From NCBI GenBank assembly GCA_049509455.1, contig JBEKZX010000023.1:1-22657 (forward strand): DNA of 22,657 nt. The letters are read 5' to 3'. A program made the translations under genes and the position numbers. Positions 6,757-15,690 of the stretch are shown here, one piece after another; position 1 is the first letter of the stretch; each line of letters begins with the position of its first letter. The stretch comes from Conexivisphaerales archaeon (lineage in GTDB: Archaea > Thermoproteota > Nitrososphaeria > Conexivisphaerales > DTJL01). Under the pieces are notes generated by a model. The model saw nothing but the letters and a program-made list of their open reading frames with translations, was not told the origin of the DNA and made no database searches.

Positions 6757-7956
6757 CTACTTCTTCAGCAGCGCTTCCGTGGACTCCTTCTTAATCCATC
6801 TGATGTTTCCACTGATGTTAATCTGGACCGGGCAGATCTCGTTGCAGGCGTCACACTCGAGGCAGAAGTAGGTCAGAGGCTCGGCGGCGTCCCTTCCTTC
6901 GGTTATCGCCGTCCAGAGCAGGCCCACGGCGGCCGTGTATGTGGAGCCTCCCCACGTGGGGCCGTCGACCGCAAACGTCGGGCACACCAGCTGGCATGCG
7001 CCACACCTTATGCAACGCAGGGCGTCCCACAGCGGCGTCTTCAGAGCTTCGAGCCTGCCGTTGTTCACGAGCACCACGTGCATCTCCTTCGAACCCTGAG
7101 CGGGCCTCACGAGCGTCTTCTCGATGTCCCGAGTGCCGCTGGGGCCCGCGGAAAGGTTGACGTAGGTGGGGACAGGCGAGCCTCCGTAGTACCCCTGCAA
7201 GAGGGCAGTCTTGACCGCGTCCAGCGTCGTGGGGACGACCTTCTCTATCCCGCCGACCACGATGTTCACCGGTGGAAGCGAGCTGGTCAGCCGGATGTTC
7301 GCCTCGTTCTCCACGGTCACCACGGTCCCGTCGGCCGCCGAGATGGCGTTGATCCCTGTTATGCCCACCTGCGCGGCGAGGAGCTTCGTGCGGAGGAACT
7401 CTCTCGCTGCCGCCACCATGGTGGGGAGGTCGTTGGGGTCGAACGTCTTCCCGAACTTCTCCTTGAATATCTCGGCGACCGCTTCGCGAGGGACGTGAAG
7501 GGCCGGCGAAATCATGTGGGCCGGCTTCTCTCCCCTAAACTGAATGATGAGCTCTCCCAGGTCCGTCTCCCATACCTCGTTGCCCCTCTCCTGGAGATAG
7601 TGGCGTATGCCGATCTCTTCGGTCACCATGCTCTTGGACTTGACGACGACCTTGCCCGTGCCCACGAGCTTGTATATGATGTCCAGGGCGTCCTGCTTCG
7701 TGTTGGCGTAGTAGGCGAGGACGCCGTTGGCCTGAAGTGCTTCCATCGCCTGCTTGTAGAGCTCCTCCATGCGCTTGACGTCGTAGTCCTTGACGGACTT
7801 AACCTCCGTGCGAAGCTGGACGACGTCGGCCCTATCTTTGACCTTGTCGTAGTTCTTGACGTAGCTGTCCATTCCTCTCGAGATGCCCGTCCGCATCGCC
7901 TTGTCTCCAAGGGCCTGGTACATCTCCTTCTTGACTTCGAGGAATGTCTTAGCCAT
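6757..7956 (-). CDS. lutB: LutB/LldF/YkgF-like protein (LUD domain plus two 4Fe-4S motifs)
   Basis: KSKSMVTEEIGI, WETDLGELIIQ, HMISPALH, SGTRDIE, CIRCGACQLVCP and CLECDACNEICP motifs; AGGTGAT SD at 7962-7968. Confidence 0.88.
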   Translation of the reverse strand: MAKTFLEVKKEMYQALGDKAMRTGISRGMDSYVKNYDKVKDRADVVQLRTEVKSVKDYDVKRMEELYKQAMEALQANGVLAYYANTKQDALDIIYKLVGTGKVVVKSKSMVTEEIGIRHYLQERGNEVWETDLGELIIQFRGEKPAHMISPALHVPREAVAEIFKEKFGKTFDPNDLPTMVAAAREFLRTKLLAAQVGITGINAISAADGTVVTVENEANIRLTSSLPPVNIVVGGIEKVVPTTLDAVKTALLQGYYGGSPVPTYVNLSAGPSGTRDIEKTLVRPAQGSKEMHVVLVNNGRLEALKTPLWDALRCIRCGACQLVCPTFAVDGPTWGGSTYTAAVGLLWTAITEGRDAAEPLTYFCLECDACNEICPVQINISGNIRWIKKESTEALLKK

Positions 7957-7962
7957 CCTATA

Positions 7963-8925
7963 TCACCTTAGGACCTCCAGCAGGTCGAGTGTCTGAAGCC
8001 CGGTCTTCGCCTCCACCCTCGTAAAGTTCGCCAGACAGATGGGGCAGGCCAGGATGGCCTTGTCGGCCATCTGCTTCAACTCGGCGGCCCTCTTGATGGT
8101 GATTTCGTTCGAGACTTTGGGGGCGATGTTCTCGATGGGCCCGCCGCAGCAGAACGTGAAGTTGCGCGTCCTGATGGGCTCGGCGACCTCGGCGCCCGCC
8201 TGCTCGAGCATGGCCCTGGAGTTCTTCCAGAGGCCCAGTTTCCTCGCCAAGAGGCAAGGATCATGGATAGTGAACTTCTGCCCCTTAAGGGAGTCCTTCG
8301 CGACGGCGACGGCAGGGTCGACCACTTCGAGATAGTGCCTTACGTCTACATCGTAGTCCTTTATGACCTCAGGGTAGAGCAGCTTGAGGGCCACGGTGGA
8401 ATGTGGGTCCATCGTGATGACCTTCCTGACGCCGTGCTTCTTGAACCTCGCATACACCTCACGGGCCTGCTCTTCGAAGACCCAGTCGATGCCCATGTCG
8501 TGGAAGAGCACGCCCGAGTAGAGCTCGTCGGCTCCGAGGTAGCTCACCTCCACGCCGCTCCTCTTCAGGAGGGAAACGACGTTCACGATGATCTGGCTGA
8601 AGCGCTTCTTGTCGCCTGCGGTCATGGCGGCATATGCCGAGCTGACATCGAGGCCTATGCTGCTCAACGCCCGAAACACCCTGAAGCCAGCACCTCCTAC
8701 GCTGGAGGACTCGAGCCTGTCGAGACCTGCCACGAAAGCGTTGATGAAGGGGACCATCTGGTAGAGACCTCCCGTGTAGATTATGGTCCCTGTGTCGGCT
8801 GGGAGGTTGAGCCCTTCCGACCAGGCCGTAAATTCGGATGTCTTGAGGCCTACGGGGTTGGTCGTCTTCTTCCAGTTATCTATGAGCGTGCTGAAAACGT
8901 CTTTCCTGTCCAGCAAGACGGGCAC
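7963..8925 (-). CDS. CCG-domain (Fe-S)-binding protein (LutA/GlpC/HdrD-like)
   Basis: HDPCLLAR, CCGGP and ACPIC cysteine motifs in the C-terminal half. CTTAAA at 8943-8948 fits a TTG start at 8916 better than the GTG at 8925. Confidence 0.85.
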   Translation of the reverse strand: MPVLLDRKDVFSTLIDNWKKTTNPVGLKTSEFTAWSEGLNLPADTGTIIYTGGLYQMVPFINAFVAGLDRLESSSVGGAGFRVFRALSSIGLDVSSAYAAMTAGDKKRFSQIIVNVVSLLKRSGVEVSYLGADELYSGVLFHDMGIDWVFEEQAREVYARFKKHGVRKVITMDPHSTVALKLLYPEVIKDYDVDVRHYLEVVDPAVAVAKDSLKGQKFTIHDPCLLARKLGLWKNSRAMLEQAGAEVAEPIRTRNFTFCCGGPIENIAPKVSNEITIKRAAELKQMADKAILACPICLANFTRVEAKTGLQTLDLLEVLR

Positions 8926-8979
8926 TGATGCCCCGAGCCGGATTTAAGAGTATTGGGAGGCTCTGTTCGAGGCCAAGCG

Positions 8980-9756
8980 CTACTGGTCTCTCTTCTGCCT
9001 CACTTCGTAGAGGAAGAGGTCCCTGAAGCTTTCGTCCAGCTTAGCGTGGTCCAACTTCTCGTATGTCTCGATGCTCCCAACGTCCAGCCAGTAGTCCTTG
9101 GTGAGGAAGACGTTCACTTTCTTCTTTGCCTCGATCATGCCGGGGATGAGCTGCCCCATGATGTCCAGCTCGTTCGTGCCCTTGGAGACCTCCTCAAGCG
9201 CGATGAGGGAGTCGCCCTTGAGGGCGAGTATCCCTATCCCGACATCGATGTCGATGACGGGCTTCTCCTCCATCTTGACAAGCCGGTTCCCTTTCACCTT
9301 GGCAACCCCCACCGGAAGCTTGTAACCCTGCGCCACCGCCAGCGTAGCATCAGAGCCTGAAGAGGTGTGCTGGCCCAGCAAGCGCTTCAGGTCCATCCGC
9401 GTGAGTATGTCCCCGTAGTAGATTAGGAGCTGGTCATCTTCGTTCAAGACGCCCTGCCGGTAGGCGTTGAGGACGGCGCCCCCATTGCCTTTCAAAGATG
9501 GGTCATCGGCGACGTAGGAAAGCTCCATGGAGACGGGAGCCCCAGATTTGAAGTAGTTCTGGATCTGCTCCGCCTTGTAGCCGGCAAGGAGGACAGCCCT
9601 GTCGATGCCGTTGTACTTCAGCGATCGCAGAATGTACTCCAAAATGGGCTTCTGTCTCTCGCCGACCGGGAGCATGGTCTTCTGGAAATAGTAGGTCAGC
9701 GGCCTGAGACGGCTTCCCAGTCCTCCGCAAAGGACCACTGCCTTGACGCTGCCCAT
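8980..9756 (-). CDS. Sugar-phosphate nucleotidyltransferase family protein
   Basis: KAVVLCGGLGSRLRPLT...K.MLPV...KPILEYI signature, YGDI and EKP motifs. ATG 9756 preferred over 9768 because TTTTAT (9782-9787) lies 25 nt upstream of it. Confidence 0.9.
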   Translation of the reverse strand: MGSVKAVVLCGGLGSRLRPLTYYFQKTMLPVGERQKPILEYILRSLKYNGIDRAVLLAGYKAEQIQNYFKSGAPVSMELSYVADDPSLKGNGGAVLNAYRQGVLNEDDQLLIYYGDILTRMDLKRLLGQHTSSGSDATLAVAQGYKLPVGVAKVKGNRLVKMEEKPVIDIDVGIGILALKGDSLIALEEVSKGTNELDIMGQLIPGMIEAKKKVNVFLTKDYWLDVGSIETYEKLDHAKLDESFRDLFLYEVRQKRDQ

Positions 9757-9872
9757 GATGCTGCCCATAAAGGCGCAGACGATAAAAGAGTTACGTCAGC
9801 CCCAGGAGCTCCTGACAATTAATGCTTGCGCTGGGCACCCTTTGTTGAAGAAGGCGAAGGGGCTTGCGCGCC

Positions 9873-10610
9873 CTAGACGACGGGCGGGCCGACATTGAAG
9901 TGCTCAGCCTTCCGGATGAGATCGGCAGGCACCTTCTGGCTCCCCATGTAGCTTGCGAACTTCTTCTTGATGAAGTTCTCCCACAGGTCGCGGTCGAGGT
10001 AGAAGACCCTCGCCCCTCCGAGCTCTGTCTGGAACTCCGGGTACGGCCGGGCCTTGTGAGCCCACTGGAGCCCGATGATCCTGTACCCATTGTAGCTTTC
10101 GAAGCACGCCTCCCACGTCTCAGCTCCGAGGTAGTCGAAGGCATATTCGGCCTTCGCAAAGTAGAGGGCTGGGCCCGAATCCGTCCCTCTCATGAAGCTC
10201 ATGGTGTGCAGAGAGTAGGCTACCTTTTCGTTGAACATCCTGGCGTTGGCAAGACCGGCGAGCTGCCCGTCGATGATGCCTATCAAAGAATATGCGTCCT
10301 TGATCCTGTGAACTTTCTGTGAGAGCACCTCCCCGTACGTCCGGACACCGACGATGTCGTAGAAGTCCTTTGGAATGAACATGTAGGGCTTTATGGCCTC
10401 GAGGACCTGGTCGTATTCGTCTTCCCTGAGAGACCTCACTACCATCTGCTCGCCACCCCTGAGCGAAACGACCTTGGGCTTCCAGGGCCTTTCGGTCATG
10501 ATTTTCATCTCTGGGACGCCGCATCGTAGGACCGGCTCCATGTCCTCCACCTTCAGCTTGTGCTCCAGGTAGGAGACTGGCTCCGGAGGCTGGTAGAATG
10601 ACGAACTCAT
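9873..10610 (-). CDS. Conserved-looking hypothetical protein with probable GNAT-like acyltransferase fold
   Basis: The beta/alpha pattern LIGIIDGQLAGLANARM...SLHTMSFMRGTDSGPALY resembles GNAT motif A (RGxxxG). TTATAT box at 10646-10651. Confidence 0.6.
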   Translation of the reverse strand: MSSSFYQPPEPVSYLEHKLKVEDMEPVLRCGVPEMKIMTERPWKPKVVSLRGGEQMVVRSLREDEYDQVLEAIKPYMFIPKDFYDIVGVRTYGEVLSQKVHRIKDAYSLIGIIDGQLAGLANARMFNEKVAYSLHTMSFMRGTDSGPALYFAKAEYAFDYLGAETWEACFESYNGYRIIGLQWAHKARPYPEFQTELGGARVFYLDRDLWENFIKKKFASYMGSQKVPADLIRKAEHFNVGPPVV

Positions 10611-10659
10611 TTCGGTTGCCCTCTTTGAGCGCCTATTGCGACTTCATATAAGCGTTTCC

Positions 10660-10674
10660 TTGCAGAAAATGCAA
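10660..10674. promoter_or_regulatory. 15-bp inverted repeat TTGCA-GAAAA-TGCAA, candidate Lrp/AsnC-type operator
   Basis: Perfect 5-bp arms around an A-rich 5-nt core, in the divergent intergenic region just upstream of the GNAT gene's BRE/TATA. Confidence 0.45.
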
Positions 10675-10744
10675 CGGAACCGTCCGCCGCCCGAGCACGA
10701 CCTAGATTTATTAAACAGAAAGGCGCTGCACTTTTGTAAATCAG

Positions 10745-11173
10745 TTGACGAAATATTCATCTGACTCCAAACATGGGCCTGGCAGAGTGAAGGTTCTGGT
10801 CACCAAGGTGGGGCTGGACGGCCACGACCGGGGGCTCAAGGTGGTGGCGAAGGGGCTCGCTGACGCTGGCCTCGAAGTCGTCTACTTGGGCGTCCATCAG
10901 ACCGTGGCCAACGTAGTCGCGACCGCCCTGCAGGAAGACGTGGACGTAGTCGCCGTGAGCATCCTGTCGGGTTCCCACATGGAGCTAGCGGCGGACCTAG
11001 TCAAGGCGATGAAAGCCAAGGGACTGGACCGGCCGCTGGTCTTCGGGGGGGTCATCCCCAGGACCGACATAGAACCCTTGAAAAAGTTGGGTATCTCGGC
11101 TGTCTACGGACCAGGTGCTTCGCTGGCGGTCGTGGCCAAGGCCGTCCGCGACGCCGCAAAGGGGGGAAGCTAG
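10745..11173 (+). CDS. Methylmalonyl-CoA mutase small subunit (cobalamin-binding domain)
   Basis: KVGLDGHDRG (DxHxxG), S-I-L-S-G-S-H and VFGGVIP motifs. TTTATTAAA at 10707-10715; TTG start. Confidence 0.93.
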   Translation: MTKYSSDSKHGPGRVKVLVTKVGLDGHDRGLKVVAKGLADAGLEVVYLGVHQTVANVVATALQEDVDVVAVSILSGSHMELAADLVKAMKAKGLDRPLVFGGVIPRTDIEPLKKLGISAVYGPGASLAVVAKAVRDAAKGGS

Positions 11174-11590
11174 TTGCCGATTACCCCTACAAAGGTGGAC
11201 CACGTTGGCATCGCCGTGAGGAGCGTCGATGAAGCGTGCAAGTTCTACGAAGAAACGCTGGGGCTCAAGTTGGTCAAGAAGGAGACGGTGGAGGAGGAGA
11301 AGGTCCGGATCGCCATGTTCAAGGTCGGGGAGAGCTACGTTGAGCTGCTCGAGCCGCTTTCCGCCGATAGCACCATCGCTAGATTCATCGAGAAGCGGGG
11401 CGAAGGCATACACCATATGGCGCTCGGCTACGACGACGTCAAGGAGGCGCATGACTTCTGCAAGATGAAGGGCGCCTTCATGGTCTATCCGGAGCCGGAG
11501 GACCTGAAGGGGGACAGAATCGTCGACTTCGTCCACCCGAAGTCGACGCACGGCGTCCTGCTTGAGATAGTGAAGAGGTACGGCGAATAG
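11174..11590 (+). CDS. mce: Methylmalonyl-CoA epimerase (VOC family)
   Basis: DHVGIAV, ELLEP, RGEGIHHMAL and FVHPKSTHGVLLEIV motifs; sandwiched between the two mutase subunit genes. Confidence 0.93.
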   Translation: MPITPTKVDHVGIAVRSVDEACKFYEETLGLKLVKKETVEEEKVRIAMFKVGESYVELLEPLSADSTIARFIEKRGEGIHHMALGYDDVKEAHDFCKMKGAFMVYPEPEDLKGDRIVDFVHPKSTHGVLLEIVKRYGE

Positions 11591-11594
11591 GCAT

Positions 11595-13292
11595 TTGAAC
11601 AGGACCAAGCGCCCCTCAAAGAAGGAGAAGGCAGGAACGTCCCTGTCGGCCAGGTCGTCGGAATGGGAGTCGGAGGTGCTCAAGCCCTACCTGGCTACAT
11701 CACCCGAGAGGGCCCTTCAGTTCCCATCGGAGGACGGAACACCTGTCCCCAGGCTGTCCACGCCAGCTACCTTAGATGAACACGGCTGGAGCTACGACAA
11801 AGACCTGGGCTTCCCGGGAAGCTTCCCTTTCACCAGAGGCGTCTACCCGACGATGTACCGGGGAAGACCCTGGACCATAAGGCAATACGCGGGATTCGGG
11901 TCGGCCGAGGACACCAACGGACGCTACCGTTACCTGCTCAAGGCCGGCCAGACCGGTCTGAGCGTCGCCTTCGACCTGCCGACGCAGCTAGGACTGGACC
12001 CTGACTGCGAGCTGGCCTACTACGAAGTCGGGAAGGTGGGCGTCTCCGTCTCGACGTTGCAGGAAATGAAGCTGGTCTTCGACTCTATTCCGCTCAGCAA
12101 GGTGTCCACCTCCATGACGATCAACGCCACGGCCATGGAGCTCCTAGCACTCTATGTCGCGGCAGCTCAGGCCCAGTCCATCGAGCCCTCCGCCCTCCGG
12201 GGGACGGTGCAGAACGACATCTTGAAGGAATATATCGCCAGAAACAACTTCATCTATCCTCCAGGGCCGTCGATGCGATACTCCACTGACATCATTATGC
12301 ACTGCGCGAAGGCCATGCCCCAGTGGAATTCGATTAGCATAAGCGGCTACCATTTCGAGGAAGCGGGGGCCACACCGTCGCAAGAAGTGGGCTTCACCCT
12401 AGCTGACGGCATCGAGTACACCAGGACGCTGACCGAGAAGGGGGTCAAGGTCGATGACTTCGCCCCCCGCTTGTCGTTCTTCTTCGCATCGAGGACGAAC
12501 CTCATCGAGCAGGTGGCCAAGTTCAGGGCCGCGCGCAGGATGTGGGCTAAGATAATGAAGGAGCGGTTCGGTGCCAGGGACCCGAAGTCACAGATGCTCA
12601 GATTCCACGCCCAGACGGCGGGCGTGACCATGACGGCGCAGCAGCCAGAGGTCAACATCATTAGGACGACGCTTCAGGCCTTGGCGGCGACCTTGGGCGG
12701 CGCCCAGTCCCTTCACGTCAACTCCTACGACGAGGCCATCTGCCTCCCCACTGAGAAAGCGGTGAAGCTTTCGGTCAGGGTTCAACAGGCTTTGCTGCTG
12801 GAATCAGGGATTGCGGACTCGGTGGACCCCCTGGGCGGTTCGTACCTCCTCGAGGAGCTAACCTCCTCTGTCGAGGAAAAGGCGTGGAAGATAGTGAATG
12901 CGGTCGAGAAGATGGGAGGGATGGTCAAGGCCGTCGAGAGAGGCTTCCCTCAGCAGGAGATAGCGCGCAGCGCCTACGACTACCAGCTCAAAGTGGAGAA
13001 GGGGGTGATACCCGTCATAGGGGTCAATGTCGCGACGGAGGAGGGTGAAGCTCCGTACGAGCCTCTGAAGGTGGACCCTTCCTCTCGCGAAAGGGTGCTG
13101 GCGAGGGTGAAGGAGTACAGAGGGTCCAGAGACCAGACGCTGGTCCGTTCTGCGCTGCGTCAGCTGGAGAAGGCGGCCTCCAACACTGAAGTAAACCTCT
13201 TCCCGCCGGTGCTGGAATGCATCAGATCAAGGTGCACCGTCGGGGAGATTAGCGGGACCCTCAGGGAGACCTGGGGAGAATGGAGACAGTAG
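11595..13292 (+). CDS. Methylmalonyl-CoA mutase large (catalytic) subunit
   Basis: FPFTRGVYPTMYRGRPWTIRQYAGFG, GLSVAFDLPTQ, QNDILKEYIARN, SISGYH and LHVNSYDEA motifs. Confidence 0.95.
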   Translation: MNRTKRPSKKEKAGTSLSARSSEWESEVLKPYLATSPERALQFPSEDGTPVPRLSTPATLDEHGWSYDKDLGFPGSFPFTRGVYPTMYRGRPWTIRQYAGFGSAEDTNGRYRYLLKAGQTGLSVAFDLPTQLGLDPDCELAYYEVGKVGVSVSTLQEMKLVFDSIPLSKVSTSMTINATAMELLALYVAAAQAQSIEPSALRGTVQNDILKEYIARNNFIYPPGPSMRYSTDIIMHCAKAMPQWNSISISGYHFEEAGATPSQEVGFTLADGIEYTRTLTEKGVKVDDFAPRLSFFFASRTNLIEQVAKFRAARRMWAKIMKERFGARDPKSQMLRFHAQTAGVTMTAQQPEVNIIRTTLQALAATLGGAQSLHVNSYDEAICLPTEKAVKLSVRVQQALLLESGIADSVDPLGGSYLLEELTSSVEEKAWKIVNAVEKMGGMVKAVERGFPQQEIARSAYDYQLKVEKGVIPVIGVNVATEEGEAPYEPLKVDPSSRERVLARVKEYRGSRDQTLVRSALRQLEKAASNTEVNLFPPVLECIRSRCTVGEISGTLRETWGEWRQ

Positions 13293-13295
13293 GCG

Positions 13296-14198
13296 TCAAA
13301 ACCCCATTGACCTGCCCAGGTTCGAGGTGAAGGAACCATGGTCCAAATCGTCCAACACGACCGAAGACGCCACTAGCATTCCCACCGACATGTCCAGCCC
13401 GGAGGAATGGCCCCTGGAGACGACATCCTCTAGGCCCAGGAGAAGCCCGTCCCCATCACCCGCGAAGAAAGACGAAACGACAGCCTCCACATCTTCGTCC
13501 ATCAGGTCGTGCTGCATATAGTCGAGCAGCCGGGCGCTGGCCCAGCTGGTCCTCCTTTCCGCTTCGGCGATATCCATGATAAGGGGCGCCCGACGGAAGA
13601 ACCTGTTTCCCGCGTTGTACATGCAGAGGAAGCCGCTGACGAAATCGTCGAAAGAGGGGGTGAAACCCGACCCTATCCCCAGAAGCCCATAAGCAGACTC
13701 CATGAATAGGGATTCATCAAAAGTGGTGGGGCGGACGAAGGCGTCCATGAAGAAGGACCGGTAGCGGTCGAACGCCTTGCCACCGGCGTCCAAGATGCTT
13801 TCCTTCAGGTCGAAGACCACTAGTAGGCACGCAGCAGCCAGAAGCTTCCCCTTTACGGACACGACCTTCTCTTTCTTGGCCTCCTCTGGCCGCAAGGAGT
13901 TAGTGAACCTTCCTTCAGTGATCGCTACCCTGAGCGGGCCGACGGACAGGACGCCTCCGCCGAACTCGGCCCTCTCACCAACCTTGACGGCCTCCTGGAA
14001 ATCCGGCCCCCCGGTTCCGATGTTCACGTTAATCGGACTCCTGACTTCCTTTCCTGTGACATTAATCAGGTCGCCGGACGCTGTGCGGAGGTAGAACGAA
14101 TTGGGGAATACATCCGCTACAGCGGGAGGCTCAACGCTAGTGCTCAGCCACTGAAAGGCATTCTCCCCAGTGCACCAGGCCGACAGGTTCGTGGACAA
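13296..14198 (-). CDS. ylbF: DUF2877 family protein (YlbF/AllH/YahE-like)
   Basis: LLGIGSGFTPSFDDF (GxGxGxTPSxDD) and GHSSGLD motifs; lies directly downstream of the DUF1116 gene. Confidence 0.85.
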   Translation of the reverse strand: MSTNLSAWCTGENAFQWLSTSVEPPAVADVFPNSFYLRTASGDLINVTGKEVRSPINVNIGTGGPDFQEAVKVGERAEFGGGVLSVGPLRVAITEGRFTNSLRPEEAKKEKVVSVKGKLLAAACLLVVFDLKESILDAGGKAFDRYRSFFMDAFVRPTTFDESLFMESAYGLLGIGSGFTPSFDDFVSGFLCMYNAGNRFFRRAPLIMDIAEAERRTSWASARLLDYMQHDLMDEDVEAVVSSFFAGDGDGLLLGLEDVVSRGHSSGLDMSVGMLVASSVVLDDLDHGSFTSNLGRSMGF

Positions 14199-14203
14199 CT
14201 TCC

Positions 14204-15490
14204 TTAGAGGGCGTACCTCTCAGCGTAGCCCTTAAGGGCTTTCTTGAACATCTCCATGGGGAAGACGACGAGCCCGGCGCCTACTTGGCCTACGCCCGCC
14301 TCCTTGCTGGCGACGCCCGTGTTGATGTTGGGGGTGATGCCCGTCTTGACGACCTTCCTGATGTCGACGCCTGTGGGCGTGCCCGCAAAGTCGAGGTTAG
14401 GTATGAGGAAGTACCTGTGCTTGGCGTAAGTGATCTCATACATCTTCTTGGTGATCTCGACTGCGGCCGCGACGCTGCCGCCCACCCATGAGACGATGGC
14501 GGGTGCGGTGGCCATAGCGAAGCCTCCGAAGCCAGCAGTCTCAGTGATAGAGCTGTCTCCGAGGTCGGGATTGGAGTCCTTCGCCGTAAAGCCTGGGAAC
14601 CAGAGGCCGTTCACCATGGGGGCAGGCGCCGTGAACCATTCCTCCCCGAGGCCGCTCACTCTGATGCCGATGTCGGTGCCGTTCCGGGCCATAGTGGTCA
14701 CTATCGTGCTATACTTGATGCCGTGAGCAGCCATCGTCATGGCCTTGGCCGAGGCCATCCCGAGGTTCAGCGCCGTAAAGTTGTTGGCGTTCATGAACAC
14801 CAAAGCCTTCCTGATCTCCTCCCTGTCTCCCCCTGAGGCGACTAGGTATTGAGCGAGCTCCCTGACGAGGAGGCTGGTGGTGGCGACGTATCTGTTGTGG
14901 CAATCGTCTCCCATGGTGAGACCCTGAGCGATCAGGGGCTTGAAGGCGAATCCCGGTTTCTCCTTCTTCAACTCCTTCAAACCTGCGAGGAGCGCAGGCG
15001 CGAAGCTGTCCCGGATATAGGCCAGCCGTTTCAGCACCTCCTCACCGTAGGCTCCATACCGGAGCACCTTCCCTATCCCTTCGTTGAAGTTGCTGTAGGA
15101 CTTCAAGCCGAACTTCCTGTCCGTGACCTCGAAGACCGGCATCGAGGGCGATATGATCCCCGCCATAGGCCCGACGGCGTCGTGGTGGTGACAGGGCTCG
15201 AACTGGACGACCCCGCTCCGGATGAGCTTCTCCGCCTCGGCGTCGTCCTTCGCCCATCCCTCGTAGATGCAAGCCCCCAAGACGGCGCCCTTAACTGGAC
15301 CGGACATCCTCTCCCAAGTTATAGGGGGGCCCGCGTGAAGAAGGAGGTGGTCCCTCATTCCTGGTATGGCCGTGATCGCAGGGACGACGTCCGTCCAGAA
15401 GGGATCGGACTCCATCATCCGATCTACGGCGACCTGATTGGCCTTCTCAACTTCGTCTTTCAAATTGACAGGAGAACTCAACCGTCGCAC
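14204..15490 (-). CDS. ylbE: DUF1116 family protein (YlbE/AllG/YahG-like)
   Basis: LLHAGPPITW, PCHHHDAVGPMAGIISPSMP, NEGIGKVLRYGAY, GDDCHNR and GDSSITET.GFGGFAMA motifs. TTTTATAT box at 15515-15522, 24 nt before the GTG. Confidence 0.92.
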   Translation of the reverse strand: MRRLSSPVNLKDEVEKANQVAVDRMMESDPFWTDVVPAITAIPGMRDHLLLHAGPPITWERMSGPVKGAVLGACIYEGWAKDDAEAEKLIRSGVVQFEPCHHHDAVGPMAGIISPSMPVFEVTDRKFGLKSYSNFNEGIGKVLRYGAYGEEVLKRLAYIRDSFAPALLAGLKELKKEKPGFAFKPLIAQGLTMGDDCHNRYVATTSLLVRELAQYLVASGGDREEIRKALVFMNANNFTALNLGMASAKAMTMAAHGIKYSTIVTTMARNGTDIGIRVSGLGEEWFTAPAPMVNGLWFPGFTAKDSNPDLGDSSITETAGFGGFAMATAPAIVSWVGGSVAAAVEITKKMYEITYAKHRYFLIPNLDFAGTPTGVDIRKVVKTGITPNINTGVASKEAGVGQVGAGLVVFPMEMFKKALKGYAERYAL

Positions 15491-15690
15491 CGAATGAAGA
15501 TTTTCGCCATCTCAATATAAAAGCGTTGCCCAGATGAAGGCGAGACATGACCAAATGACCAATCCTATTTATATGGACCTGCACTAACTGCAGTATCTCT
15601 TCGACCTGACTTTCCGACGAAACGTTCACCGGCCTTGTGCAAACAGTTTAAATGGGAGTCTCAGGCTTAGAGATTCTGCAGAACTTCGCC

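Noticed and set aside
9745-9768. Tandem ATGGGCAGC duplication at the nucleotidyltransferase start
   Set aside because: It is only a 9-nt duplication giving two possible starts, with no further significance evident.
15652-15690. Track start of FdrA at 15652 (and CoxG extension to 22033)
   Set aside because: These extensions overlap or cross TATA boxes and precede the family N-termini. ATG 15691 and ATG 21943 fit better.
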